This document shows positions 49,324-59,192 of a DNA stretch of 64,000 bases, one piece after another. The stretch's first letter is position 1. Every line of letters begins with the position of its first letter. Below the pieces are notes generated by a model, which had not been told where the DNA came from, searched no databases, and was given only the letters and a program-made list of their open reading frames with translations. The translations under genes were made by a program, and so were the position numbers. Source of the DNA: an uncultured Pelagibacteraceae bacterium (GTDB lineage Bacteria > Pseudomonadota > Alphaproteobacteria > Pelagibacterales > Pelagibacteraceae); assembly GCA_902604055.1 (NCBI GenBank), contig CACKXA010000001.1, forward strand, positions 10,789 to 74,788. The letters are read 5' to 3'.

Positions 49324-50204
49324 TAGGCAGCTTTTCCTTTGCTAGCTATGAGATCTAGTTTTTTTAATTTAGATAATAACTCTTGTTTTTTTTCTTCTGG
49401 AAGCAATACAAGTGGAGGTAACAAATTTTTAAATTTGGAATCATTAATAGAAAAGAAACTGTGTAAAGCTGAAATAAGATTATATTCGTCAAATGTTTCT
49501 CTTACGGCAATTAACTTTTCATTTTGTGTTTGGGTTTGTTTGTTTTCAAAATCATCAAATACTTGTCTAGCCAAAGAGTGAGTGATTCCTGTAATTGCGC
49601 TTATTGTTCCTGCTCCTCCAAGTTCTAAGTTTTTTAATAACTTTGCTTCTGATCCTATAAAAATCTTGAAGTTTGGAATTTTTAAATTTTCATAAAGATT
49701 ATAACTTGAGTCTTTTACTCCAATAATATTTTTTGGAAAATCAGAAACCAATCTTTCTACAAATTGCGGTTCGAACTTAAAAGAAAATAGTTTTTCGAAA
49801 TTGTATAAAATTATTCTTACTTTTGGTATTTTTAAAATTATTTCTTTATAAAAATTATAAACCCCTTCATTTGATTTTGGGTAATAAGCTGGACAACCAA
49901 CTAGCCAATCTCTAAACCCGTATTCCATTCCATATTTTATTAAATCTATCGTGCTATGTAGACTGTTAGTTCCTGTTCCAAAAAAAAATTGCTTTTTAAA
50001 TTTGTGATTTGCAGCCTTAGAGATTAAATTTTTTTTTGAACTCTCGTCGAGAAGTTGGGCTGACCCAGTCGAGCCTAAAAATATTGTTCCATGTAATCCA
50101 TTGTTAATTGCGGAAGCTGCATGAGCAATTGTTGCTTCAACATTTAATGAATAATCTTCACGTAAAATGCTACAAGTTGCTGAATATACTCCTCTATTTA
50201 TCAT
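49323..50204 (-). CDS. Dihydrodipicolinate synthase family (class I aldolase)
   Basis: GSTG, ILYN and G.KDSS Schiff-base lysine. Confidence 0.82.
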   Translation of the reverse strand: MINRGVYSATCSILREDYSLNVEATIAHAASAINNGLHGTIFLGSTGSAQLLDESSKKNLISKAANHKFKKQFFFGTGTNSLHSTIDLIKYGMEYGFRDWLVGCPAYYPKSNEGVYNFYKEIILKIPKVRIILYNFEKLFSFKFEPQFVERLVSDFPKNIIGVKDSSYNLYENLKIPNFKIFIGSEAKLLKNLELGGAGTISAITGITHSLARQVFDDFENKQTQTQNEKLIAVRETFDEYNLISALHSFFSINDSKFKNLLPPLVLLPEEKKQELLSKLKKLDLIASKGKAA

Positions 50205-50251
50205 AATCTTACCCAATTTATTCTATCTAAGTTATATAGTTAGAATCAAGT

Positions 50252-51181
50252 ATGAAAATTCTTTGTATTAACAGCAGAAAAGGAATGGGAGATCAGATTA
50301 TTATTCTTCCTTACATTCATGCTATATCAAGAAAGTTCAAAACCAGCGTTTCTTTATTAGCTAAAGATAATTCTAGAGCAAAAGATCTTTTTGCAGATGA
50401 TGGTCACATAGATGAAATAATTACTCTTGAAAAAGAAATGGATGGTATTGGTGGAATCATAAAATTAGCTAGCAAATTAAAAAAAGGAAACTTCGATAAG
50501 ATTTTTATTTTTAATTCATCATTAAGATATAACTTAATTGCAAGATTAGCAGGGATTAAATCAATTCATCAATATCCTATTAGTTTTGGAAAAAAAGATA
50601 ACATGGTGATTAGTGCAAAAATTTTTACTGAAGACATAACTGGTAAAGTTGTTTCAACAGAACCTAATCTAATAATTAAGAATGCAGAAAATAATTTTGA
50701 TAAAAATTTCCGGCACGTAGTTTTAGGAATTGCAGCTAGTGGAAAAAGTAAAATTTATAATATTAATAATTATATAAGATTGGCACAAGAGATATCCAAA
50801 AAAATTAGGTGTAAGTTTTATATTGCAGCTGGACCAAACGATATTGATCTAATAAATAAGTTTAAAGAATCAGATATTGGGAAAAATTCAATTTCATTTG
50901 AAAAGTTTAGTATAAAAGAAACCCTTCCAATTATAAAAAATTGCGATTGTTATATTGGTAATGACACAGGTTTTGCTCACATATCGGTTGCTCTTAAGAT
51001 CAAATCTTTAGTCATTTTCGTTGATACGCCAATATTTGTTTATGGGTCCTACGCTCCAGCCTTTATGTCTACTGTGGAACCAGAAGGAGTCGAAAAAGGA
51101 ACTACTACTCATGACACTCTTGGAAAAGATAAGATTTCATTTGATGAAGTTTATAAAAAATCAATAGAAATGCTTAGCTAA
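50252..51181 (+). CDS. Glycosyltransferase family 9 (heptosyltransferase-like)
   Basis: GMGD and YIGNDTG..H motifs. Confidence 0.85.
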   Translation: MKILCINSRKGMGDQIIILPYIHAISRKFKTSVSLLAKDNSRAKDLFADDGHIDEIITLEKEMDGIGGIIKLASKLKKGNFDKIFIFNSSLRYNLIARLAGIKSIHQYPISFGKKDNMVISAKIFTEDITGKVVSTEPNLIIKNAENNFDKNFRHVVLGIAASGKSKIYNINNYIRLAQEISKKIRCKFYIAAGPNDIDLINKFKESDIGKNSISFEKFSIKETLPIIKNCDCYIGNDTGFAHISVALKIKSLVIFVDTPIFVYGSYAPAFMSTVEPEGVEKGTTTHDTLGKDKISFDEVYKKSIEMLS

Positions 51182-51683
51182 AATCAGTTTTGATTATTTT
51201 GTCAGTAGCTTCATTTACTAACTGACTTAATCTTTCGGTCTTAATATCTCTGTTCATATCAGGATGTATTTTTTGTTGTAATCTCTTTGCGGTTTTTAAA
51301 ACTTCCTCTTTGCTAACTCCTTTTTTTAATCCTAAAAGTTTATAAGCTTCATCTGTGCTAATACTAGAAGAGCCTTGAGATTTTCCAAATTGCCCTTGTG
51401 AAAATCTTCCAGAGTTTTTCATAAATTGAATTAGTCTCCACAATTGATACATTTGTAAAGCAGTGAAACCTTTTATCTTAAGCCCTGAAAGTAAAATTAA
51501 CCACATTGGTAAACTAAAAATAAATTTACCACCTATTGTGAATAGAACAGCCAAAATTAAAGAGAAATAAACTACAATTTTTTTTATTGTTGTGGCTATC
51601 TTTTTTGAACTGGCTCTAGCAAACCAGTTAAGAAACAGATAGATTATGACAAAAATGATAATTCCCCAAAATAATAAACTCAT
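51174..51683 (-). CDS. Membrane-anchored J-domain protein
   Basis: N-terminal TMs; EAYKLLGL...IHPD. Confidence 0.85.
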   Translation of the reverse strand: MSLLFWGIIIFVIIYLFLNWFARASSKKIATTIKKIVVYFSLILAVLFTIGGKFIFSLPMWLILLSGLKIKGFTALQMYQLWRLIQFMKNSGRFSQGQFGKSQGSSSISTDEAYKLLGLKKGVSKEEVLKTAKRLQQKIHPDMNRDIKTERLSQLVNEATDKIIKTDFS

Positions 51684-51696
51684 ATAAATAACCCTT

Positions 51697-53766
51697 ATGA
51701 AAACACCTTATCTTAGAAGACAAGAAGAAGTAAAGACTGCACATGGTTACACCTGGTCGGACTATTATAGCTGGATTCATCAGTCTAATTGTTTAGAAAT
51801 TTTGAGAAATAAAAACAAATTGAATCCTGAGGTTAGGAAATATCTTGAGGATGAAAACACTTATACTGAAAAAAATATGAGTGACACTAAAAATTTACAA
51901 AAGACTCTGTTTAAAGAAATTGAAGGAAGAATAAAATTAGACGATGAAAGTTTAAAATTTAAAGATAAAAAATATGAATACTGGTCAAAAACTACTAAAG
52001 AAGGAAATTATGCTAAATATCTAAGAAGAAAAATTGGTGAAAGTAAAATTGAAGTTTACTGGGACGGAGATGTAGAAGCAAAAAATAAAAAGTTTTTTAG
52101 TGCAGGAGATATTCAGGTTTCTAATAATGATGAAATGCTAGCTTACTCAGTTGATGATAAAGGGAGTGAATATTTTACTATTTTTGTGAGAAATATAATT
52201 GATAATAAAATTATTGAAGAGCCTATTCTAGAAACAGCTGGTGGAATAACATGGGCATATGATGATAAATCTTTCTTTTATAGTAAGCTTGATAAACTTC
52301 ACCGGCCAAGACAAATATTTCAACATGTTCTGGGCAAGTCTCCAAAAGACGATAAATTAATTTACAACGAGAAAGATGAGCGGTTTACAGCATCTTTTGG
52401 ATTAACATCCGATGAAAATTATTATGTGATATCGGCAACAGAGCATACTACATCTGAAGTTTACTATATTCATAAAGACGACAAAGATTTAAATCCAAAA
52501 TTATTTATTAAACGTGAAGATGGTATCGAATATTCTATAAACAGTTGGGCAGGGTATTTTTGGATGAATACTAATAAAGATGCTGAAGATTTTAAAGTTG
52601 CTAGATGCTCTCATAAAAATATTAATCAATGGAAAGATTTTATACCTGCTAAAACTGGCACTTTAATTGGAGGGCTAGTTTTTTTGAAAAATTGGATAAT
52701 TCGATCTGAAACATCAAATGCTTTATCAAAAATTTATGTAAGAGATTTTCAAAGTAATAAAGAGGAAGAGTTAATCTTTACTGAAGAGAAAGTAATCAGC
52801 CCTGGCATTAGTTTAATGCAAAAGAACAAGGATACGGATTGGATCAGAATAGAATATGATTCACCTAAGACACCTTCAAGAATTTTTGAATATAATATAA
52901 AGACAACGGAGAAAAAATTAGTTAAAGAGCGAATAGTTCCCTCAGGACATAATAGGGATGACTATATTGTAGAAAGACTTGAGGTAGAAGGTCATGATGG
53001 TTATCTAATTCCTATTACAATTACTCGTCATAAAAAAACAAAATTAGATGGAACTGCACATGTGCTTCAGTATGGTTATGGCAGCTATGGTATGTCATCT
53101 CAAGTTGGTTTTTCCTCTACAAGATTAAGTCTTATCGACCGGGATATTATTTGGGTTACTTGTCATATACGTGGAGGCTCGGAAAAAGGGATGGCTCATT
53201 GGAAGGGCGGAAAAATGCTAAATAAAAAAAATACTTTTTTTGATTTTATTAGTTGTAGTAAATACTTAATTGAAAAAAAATATACAAGTAAAAATAAAAT
53301 AATAATTTTTGGTGGAAGCGCTGGTGGGCTTTTAGTTGCTAATGTTGTAAATCAAATTCCTGATTTACTTTTAGGTGCGATCATGGCTGTACCATTCGTA
53401 GATAATTTGACAACAAACATGGATCACTCTCTACCCTTATCTCAGGGTGAGCTTAGGGAATTCGCAGACGCAAAAAATAATAAGAAACATTTCGAGTATA
53501 TTAGGTCATACGCACCATATGATAATTTAGAAAAAAAAGATTATCCCAATATTTTAATAACAACTTCTTTATCAGACTCTCGGGTTCTTTATGATGAACC
53601 AACAAAGTATTGTGCTAAACTCAGGTATTTAAAAACAGATTATAATTTACTTCTTCTAAAATGTGAAATGGACGCTGGACATTCAGGCAAAAGTGGAAGA
53701 ACCTCGGCAATCGAAGAGATTGCTTTTGATTATGCTTTTGCTTTAAAAATTTCTGGAAAACTTTAA
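51697..53766 (+). CDS. ptrB: Oligopeptidase B (S9 peptidase)
   Basis: YGYGSYG, HIRGG, GGSAGG, D.RV and GH.G catalytic triad. Confidence 0.93.
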   Translation: MKTPYLRRQEEVKTAHGYTWSDYYSWIHQSNCLEILRNKNKLNPEVRKYLEDENTYTEKNMSDTKNLQKTLFKEIEGRIKLDDESLKFKDKKYEYWSKTTKEGNYAKYLRRKIGESKIEVYWDGDVEAKNKKFFSAGDIQVSNNDEMLAYSVDDKGSEYFTIFVRNIIDNKIIEEPILETAGGITWAYDDKSFFYSKLDKLHRPRQIFQHVLGKSPKDDKLIYNEKDERFTASFGLTSDENYYVISATEHTTSEVYYIHKDDKDLNPKLFIKREDGIEYSINSWAGYFWMNTNKDAEDFKVARCSHKNINQWKDFIPAKTGTLIGGLVFLKNWIIRSETSNALSKIYVRDFQSNKEEELIFTEEKVISPGISLMQKNKDTDWIRIEYDSPKTPSRIFEYNIKTTEKKLVKERIVPSGHNRDDYIVERLEVEGHDGYLIPITITRHKKTKLDGTAHVLQYGYGSYGMSSQVGFSSTRLSLIDRDIIWVTCHIRGGSEKGMAHWKGGKMLNKKNTFFDFISCSKYLIEKKYTSKNKIIIFGGSAGGLLVANVVNQIPDLLLGAIMAVPFVDNLTTNMDHSLPLSQGELREFADAKNNKKHFEYIRSYAPYDNLEKKDYPNILITTSLSDSRVLYDEPTKYCAKLRYLKTDYNLLLLKCEMDAGHSGKSGRTSAIEEIAFDYAFALKISGKL

Positions 53767-53774
53767 GAATTTAT

Positions 53775-54080
53775 TTAAAAACAGTTCTTGCTGCTGAAAC
53801 CCACAACCATATTCTTTGGACTCACTTCAAATTTTCTAACACATGTAATACTATATTTTTTTGAAGAATAAATGTAATGTCTGTTTCTAGTATCTAAGAA
53901 TTCTATTTTATCAGGCTGTCCATAAAAAATTTTAAGTTCTGACTCTGTTTTATTTAACCATTTACTTAATTCTTTTTCTTCTTGGAGTGTTTTTTCATCT
54001 ATTTTTTTGGAAACAGATTGACAGGCAGTAAGAAGTATCAGGGAGCTAATAATAAAAAAAACAAATTTAATTTTAGGCAT
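53775..54080 (-). CDS. Lipoprotein of unknown function
   Basis: LTAC lipobox; YGQPD motif. Confidence 0.72.
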   Translation of the reverse strand: MPKIKFVFFIISSLILLTACQSVSKKIDEKTLQEEKELSKWLNKTESELKIFYGQPDKIEFLDTRNRHYIYSSKKYSITCVRKFEVSPKNMVVGFSSKNCF

Positions 54081-54214
54081 AAAGATTATCTCATTTTATA
54101 CCTAAAACTTATAAACAAAAATATTACCTTCAGGTTGTAAAATGACTTAAAACCTAACTTTTAAAGGATTTTTTCATCGAATCAGAGTATTTAGACTTAA
54201 CAGGAGGTTTTTAT

Positions 54215-55525
54215 ATGATGGATAAATATTTTGAATACAAAAAACACAAAACTAATTTCAAAACTGAAGTAATAGCTGGAACAACAACATTTTTGACCAT
54301 GTGTTACATATTATTTTTGAACCCTTTCATAATGTCTGGGGAGTTTGCCGGACCTGAAAAAGGTTTTTTTGATTTTGGTGCGGTGTTCACCGCTACAGTG
54401 GTAGCTACGGCTTTGGCATGTTTTATAATGGGGCTGTATGGACGTACCTGGCCAATAGGTCTGTCTGTCGGTCTCGGAATTAATGCTTTTGTGGCTTATG
54501 GAGTAGTTGGCTCAATGGGTTATACTCCTCAAGAAGCTTTGGGAGCTGTTCTGGTTGCAGGAATTTTATTTTTAATAATTTCTTTAACACCAATTAGAGC
54601 TTGGCTAATAAATTCAATTCCAAAAAGTTTAAAATTAGGAATCGGAGCAGGTATTGGTTTTTTCTTAGCAATAATTGGTCTTGAGATAATGGGTGTTGTC
54701 GCAGATCATCCCGTAACATTAGTTACTCTGGGTGACATAAAAAACCCACTAGTTCTTTTGGGGTGTTTAGCATTTGTGGCAATGATTGTTTTAGAAAAAA
54801 TGAAAATTACTGGAAATATAATTATAGCTATATTAGCTTTCAGTATAATTGCTTGGGTATCAGGACTAGCTAAGTTTAATGGTGTGGTAAGTGCTCCACC
54901 ATCAATGTCATACTTGTTTGCCTTTGATTTAGGGGCAGCATTGTCAGCAGGTATGGTTACGATAGTCTTTACTTTGCTTTTCATAGATTTTTTTGACACA
55001 GCAGGAACGCTAACATCTGTTGCGAATGTTGCTGGTAAAGTTGATAGCAAAGGAAAAGTAAAAGACATTGGTAAAGCAATGATGGCCGACAGCGTAGGAA
55101 CAGTAGCTGGTTCTGTGATGGGTACAACTACAGTTACGTCTTTTGTGGAAAGTGGTGCAGGGGTAAAAGCTGGTGGACGAACTGGAATGACTTCATTAGT
55201 AATTGGAGTTTTATTTTTAGCTTGTTTATTTTTCTCGCCATTAGCTACGAGCTTGCCTAAAGAGATAGATGGAGCTGCTTTACTCTATGTTGCTATTCTT
55301 TTCGTAAGAAATATTACTGATGTGAAATGGGAGGATATTTCTGAGTCGGGTCCGGCTGTAGTGGCCATGGTGGCCATGCCTCTTACGTATTCAATTAGTC
55401 ATGGAATAGCTTTGGCATTTATTTCTTATGCATTAATCAAAATATTTACTGGTGGATTTGCAAAAACTTCTCCAGCTATTTGGGTTATTGCGGTCTTCAG
55501 TGCATTAAGTTTTTACGTAGCTTAA
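54215..55525 (+). CDS. NCS2/AzgA-type purine permease
   Basis: TEVIAG.TTFLTM.YI, DFFDTAGT, VESGAGV.AGGRTG; AGGAGG RBS. Confidence 0.93.
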   Translation: MMDKYFEYKKHKTNFKTEVIAGTTTFLTMCYILFLNPFIMSGEFAGPEKGFFDFGAVFTATVVATALACFIMGLYGRTWPIGLSVGLGINAFVAYGVVGSMGYTPQEALGAVLVAGILFLIISLTPIRAWLINSIPKSLKLGIGAGIGFFLAIIGLEIMGVVADHPVTLVTLGDIKNPLVLLGCLAFVAMIVLEKMKITGNIIIAILAFSIIAWVSGLAKFNGVVSAPPSMSYLFAFDLGAALSAGMVTIVFTLLFIDFFDTAGTLTSVANVAGKVDSKGKVKDIGKAMMADSVGTVAGSVMGTTTVTSFVESGAGVKAGGRTGMTSLVIGVLFLACLFFSPLATSLPKEIDGAALLYVAILFVRNITDVKWEDISESGPAVVAMVAMPLTYSISHGIALAFISYALIKIFTGGFAKTSPAIWVIAVFSALSFYVA

Positions 55526-55532
55526 TAATTTC

Positions 55533-55556
55533 AAGGGCCGGTGAAAGCTGGCCCTT
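55533..55556. terminator. GC-rich hairpin between convergent genes
   Basis: AAGGGCCGGT-GAAA-GCTGGCCCTT. Confidence 0.75.
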
Positions 55557-56079
55557 AACTTTTATGTTTCTTAATTAAATCCTCTACTCTTACCTCTTCA
55601 TAACGCTCAAAAGGTTGGACAATCCATGGATTGCTATTTAATTTTTGAGCACAAAAATCTGGTTCAAAAGTAGAATCTTTCTTTTTCCAAAGAACAGCTG
55701 TTTTAATGTTCTTAATATTTCCTTTTAAAGGAGGATAATTCTTTAACCACTCAATGCTTTTATTTAAAGTTACACCAGTATCAGATAAGTCATCACATAA
55801 AAGAATGTTACCTCGCATATCTTGAACTGTTGAGCTCATTTCCCTAGAAAATACTAGCTCTCCTTGCTGATCTTCTATTCCTTTACCAGAGTAAGATTCT
55901 ACAGCAAGATAAGCGCATTTTAATTTTAATATTCGACTTAATACGTCAGTTATAGGTAGACCACCTCGGGCAATTCCAATTAATAAGTCTGGTTTATAGC
56001 CACTCTTATGTATTTGAATTGCTAATTCTTCTACAGTTAGATTATACTGTTTCCAATCTATGATAAGTTTCTCAGCCAT
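55555..56079 (-). CDS. Purine phosphoribosyltransferase (Gpt-like)
   Basis: GIARGG, LLCDDLSDTGVT PRPP loop, WIVQP; next to the purine permease. Confidence 0.88.
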   Translation of the reverse strand: MAEKLIIDWKQYNLTVEELAIQIHKSGYKPDLLIGIARGGLPITDVLSRILKLKCAYLAVESYSGKGIEDQQGELVFSREMSSTVQDMRGNILLCDDLSDTGVTLNKSIEWLKNYPPLKGNIKNIKTAVLWKKKDSTFEPDFCAQKLNSNPWIVQPFERYEEVRVEDLIKKHKS

Positions 56080-56112
56080 AGAAAAAACTAAATGATTTTA
56101 AAGGAGTTGTAA

Positions 56113-56400
56113 ATGAAAGCTTATTGGGTGTGTATATACGAAAAGATTAATAACGCAGAGAAATTAAAGGAATATGCAATTAAAGCGAGGCCAGCAGTAG
56201 AAAAATTTTCTGGAAAATTCCTGGTTAGAGGCGGAAAAAATAGAATTAATGATGGAATTGAATCTCCTAGAACAGCTGTAGTTGAATTTCCTGATTATAA
56301 TACTGCTGTAGAGTGTTACGACTCTGTGGAATATCAAGAAGCACATGATATTCTAAAAGGACATGTTGTAAGACATCACCAGATAGTAGAAGGTAGTTAA
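56113..56400 (+). CDS. DUF1330 protein
   Basis: MKAY, GKFLVRGG, VVEFP, Y.S.EYQ, VEG. Confidence 0.88.
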   Translation: MKAYWVCIYEKINNAEKLKEYAIKARPAVEKFSGKFLVRGGKNRINDGIESPRTAVVEFPDYNTAVECYDSVEYQEAHDILKGHVVRHHQIVEGS

Positions 56401-57020
56401 TATTGGATAGGCTCATTATCTATTGACCTCCAAAGGTACCACGTTGCTACGGAACAATAAGGAGTAAATTTTTTATAAAGTTTATCTAAAAAAATTTTTG
56501 GAGGAAAATATTTCTTATTATAATTATTTGATATAGCTCTTAAAAGACCAATATCCTGTAAGGGCCAGATATTTGATCTATTAAAAGTAAATAATAAGAT
56601 CATTTCAGCTGACCATCTTCCAATTTGTCTTAGTTCAGATAAATATACGATTGCCTCTTCATCATTCATATTTTTAATTAAATGAGGTTTAAATTCTTTA
56701 TTGATTATTTTTTTTGCTAAATCTTTAATGCCCCTTACTTTTTGTCTACTTAAACCACATCTTTTTAAAGTTAGAGATGATAATTTATTTACATTTTTTG
56801 CGTTAATTCTTCCTTTGCAGCTTTTCTCAAATCTAGAAAAAACTGAGTTAGCTGCCGCAACACTTATTTGTTGTCCTATTATGCTTTTACATAGTGAAAA
56901 AAAAACATCATTTCTTGTTATTAAAGCTCCATCTTTATAATTATTAATTAATTTTTTCATAACTTTATCTTTTTTGGACAAAACAGTTTTTGCTTTATTC
57001 CAATAACTTGGTTTTATCAT
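56397..57020 (-). CDS. AlkA-like HhH-GPD DNA glycosylase
   Basis: IIGQQIS, GLS..K, IG.WSAEM, P..D.GL, PY.S.A..YLW. Confidence 0.9.
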   Translation of the reverse strand: MIKPSYWNKAKTVLSKKDKVMKKLINNYKDGALITRNDVFFSLCKSIIGQQISVAAANSVFSRFEKSCKGRINAKNVNKLSSLTLKRCGLSRQKVRGIKDLAKKIINKEFKPHLIKNMNDEEAIVYLSELRQIGRWSAEMILLFTFNRSNIWPLQDIGLLRAISNNYNKKYFPPKIFLDKLYKKFTPYCSVATWYLWRSIDNEPIQY

Positions 57021-57898
57021 GCTCGTGGGTTAACTATTTGTTTTTTAAGTTGAGACTCTCGTACAAATATTATTAAAGAACTTGCGATAACTAGTAATGC
57101 TCCCAATAATGTTAGGATTTTAGGAATTTCACTCCAGATTAAGAATCCAAAAACAATTGCAAATACTAAGCTTAAATATTTTATAGGTGTAACTAAAGAG
57201 GCCTCTGCTAATCTATAACTTTGAGTTAATAGAAGATTTGCTATACTTCCACACAGGCCCATTACAACAAAAATTAAAAAGTCAATCAATGTTGGCATTT
57301 TCCATTCTACAAAAAATATTGAGCCAAGACCAAGTAAGGTACAAAGAAAAGTGAAATAGAAAGCAATTGTATAGTTAGGTTCAGTTTTCGATAAAGATCT
57401 AACGCTTATAGCCACACAAGCAAAGAAAATACAAAAAATTATTGGAGTGATGTAGTAATAATTTAAATCAATAAAGGCTGGTTGAACAATTAACAACATA
57501 CCGATGAAACCTAAAAAAACTGCTGCCCATCTTTTTATTCTAACTTTTTCAGATAAAAAAAATATAGACGCAACAGTGACGAATATTGGTCCTCCAAATG
57601 TTAAAGACACCACATCGGCTAAAGGCAATTCCCTTAATCCAATAAATAATGCAATGATAGCTGCGGCACCACTGAAAGCTCTAAAAGCATGAAGGCCAGG
57701 TCTAGATGTTTTGTAAAAAGTTAATAATTTATTTTTAGGAATAATAAAAAAAATTGGAATAAAACCAATAAAAAATCTTAAAAATAAAACTTGTCCTACA
57801 GGATAATAATCAAGCCATTTCACGCATATATCCATGATAGAGAAGCAGATTACACTTCCGATCATATACAATGTGCCTATTTGATTTTGACTCAACAA
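57017..57898 (-). CDS. DMT (EamA) family transporter
   Basis: About ten TMs with LSEKV...RW and A.ASLV.P..Y motifs. Confidence 0.9.
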   Translation of the reverse strand: MLSQNQIGTLYMIGSVICFSIMDICVKWLDYYPVGQVLFLRFFIGFIPIFFIIPKNKLLTFYKTSRPGLHAFRAFSGAAAIIALFIGLRELPLADVVSLTFGGPIFVTVASIFFLSEKVRIKRWAAVFLGFIGMLLIVQPAFIDLNYYYITPIIFCIFFACVAISVRSLSKTEPNYTIAFYFTFLCTLLGLGSIFFVEWKMPTLIDFLIFVVMGLCGSIANLLLTQSYRLAEASLVTPIKYLSLVFAIVFGFLIWSEIPKILTLLGALLVIASSLIIFVRESQLKKQIVNPRA

Positions 57899-57928
57899 TT
57901 CATTATCCTTAAGTTAAATATATAATTT

Positions 57929-58378
57929 ATGCAAAAAATTACGCTCGGTCTAGGCTGTTTCTGGGGCCCTGAGGAAAACTTTAAGAGCAAACCAGGTATT
58001 ATTGCCACAGAAGTTGGTTATGCAGGAGGTGATAGTCCTAATGTTACTTACGATGAAGTTTGTACAGGTAGAACTGGACATGCAGAAGTTGTCAGACTGA
58101 CTTATGATGAAAAAGTAATTTCATTTAAAAAAATATTAGATTTATTTTTTAAGATGCATGATCCAACCCAAAAAGATATGCAATTTCCTGACATTGGGAC
58201 ACAATACAGAAGTGAAATATTTTATGAAACTGATGATCAAAAAAAAAATGCGGAGGAAGTTTTAAATGAAAATAACAGAGAGCTTAATGGGAAAATTAAA
58301 ACAAATATTTCGAAATTAAAAAATTACTGTAAAGCAGAAGAATACCATCAAAAATACATCGAAAAAAAAAGACAATGA
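57929..58378 (+). CDS. msrA: Peptide methionine sulfoxide reductase A
   Basis: GCFWG, GHAE, HDPT, D.G.QYRS, AEEYHQ. Confidence 0.95.
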   Translation: MQKITLGLGCFWGPEENFKSKPGIIATEVGYAGGDSPNVTYDEVCTGRTGHAEVVRLTYDEKVISFKKILDLFFKMHDPTQKDMQFPDIGTQYRSEIFYETDDQKKNAEEVLNENNRELNGKIKTNISKLKNYCKAEEYHQKYIEKKRQ

Positions 58379-59190
58379 AACATTTAGTATCTACAGACTG
58401 GCTTGAACAAAATTTAGAAAGAGTGAGAATCTTAGATGGTAGTTGGCATTTGCCAAATGTTAATAGAAATTCTTTCAATGAATTTAAAATAACTCATATA
58501 AAAAATTCAAATTTTTTTGATATAGATAAAAACTCTAATAAAAAATCAAGTTTACCACATATGTTGCCGGAAAATAACGATTGGGAAAACATTGTATCTG
58601 AATTAGGTATAAAGAATTCTGACCACGTTGTCATTTACGATAATTCTGACGTTATAAGTTCATGTCGTGTCTGGTATACCTTTTTGTATTTTAATCATGA
58701 TCCAAATCTAGTTTCAGTTCTAGATGGTGGTTTAAAAAAATGGTTAAAAGAAAAAAGAGAAATAACAAATGATATTAAAATATTTAAAAAAAGTTCTTAC
58801 TTAGCGAGTGAAAATAAATCTTTAGTTCTAAATAAAGATCAAATAGATGCTAATATCAAAAATAAATCTTTTGAATTAATAGACGCTCGAAGCAGAGAGA
58901 GATTCTTAGGCCTACAACCAGAAGCCAGGAAGGAGTTAAAAAGTGGTAATATAAAAGATTCAAAAAATATGCCTTTTACAGAATTAATAAATAGCAAAGA
59001 CCATACTTTTAAAAAAAAGGATGAACTAATATCTATTTTTGAGAAAAACAAAATTAATCCAAATAAAAAGATAGCATTTTCTTGTGGCTCTGGCGTAACG
59101 GCTACAGTGGTAGGACTTGCTAATTCTATCATAAGTGGTAAGAAACCCGTTGTCTATGATGGTTCCTGGGCAGAATACGGAATAAAATAA
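58375..59190 (+). CDS. sseA: 3-mercaptopyruvate sulfurtransferase / rhodanese
   Basis: LVST.WL, LPHMLP, LDGG, DARS..RF, CGSGVTA, YDGSWAE. Confidence 0.92.
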   Translation: MKHLVSTDWLEQNLERVRILDGSWHLPNVNRNSFNEFKITHIKNSNFFDIDKNSNKKSSLPHMLPENNDWENIVSELGIKNSDHVVIYDNSDVISSCRVWYTFLYFNHDPNLVSVLDGGLKKWLKEKREITNDIKIFKKSSYLASENKSLVLNKDQIDANIKNKSFELIDARSRERFLGLQPEARKELKSGNIKDSKNMPFTELINSKDHTFKKKDELISIFEKNKINPNKKIAFSCGSGVTATVVGLANSIISGKKPVVYDGSWAEYGIK

Positions 59191-59192
59191 TA

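Noticed and set aside
17811-51181. Pseudogenisation of the divergent core genes
   Set aside because: ORFs are full length, tightly coupled and keep most catalytic residues; no frameshifts were seen.
54081-54214. Purine riboswitch upstream of the NCS2 permease
   Set aside because: No purine-aptamer core or convincing stems are visible.
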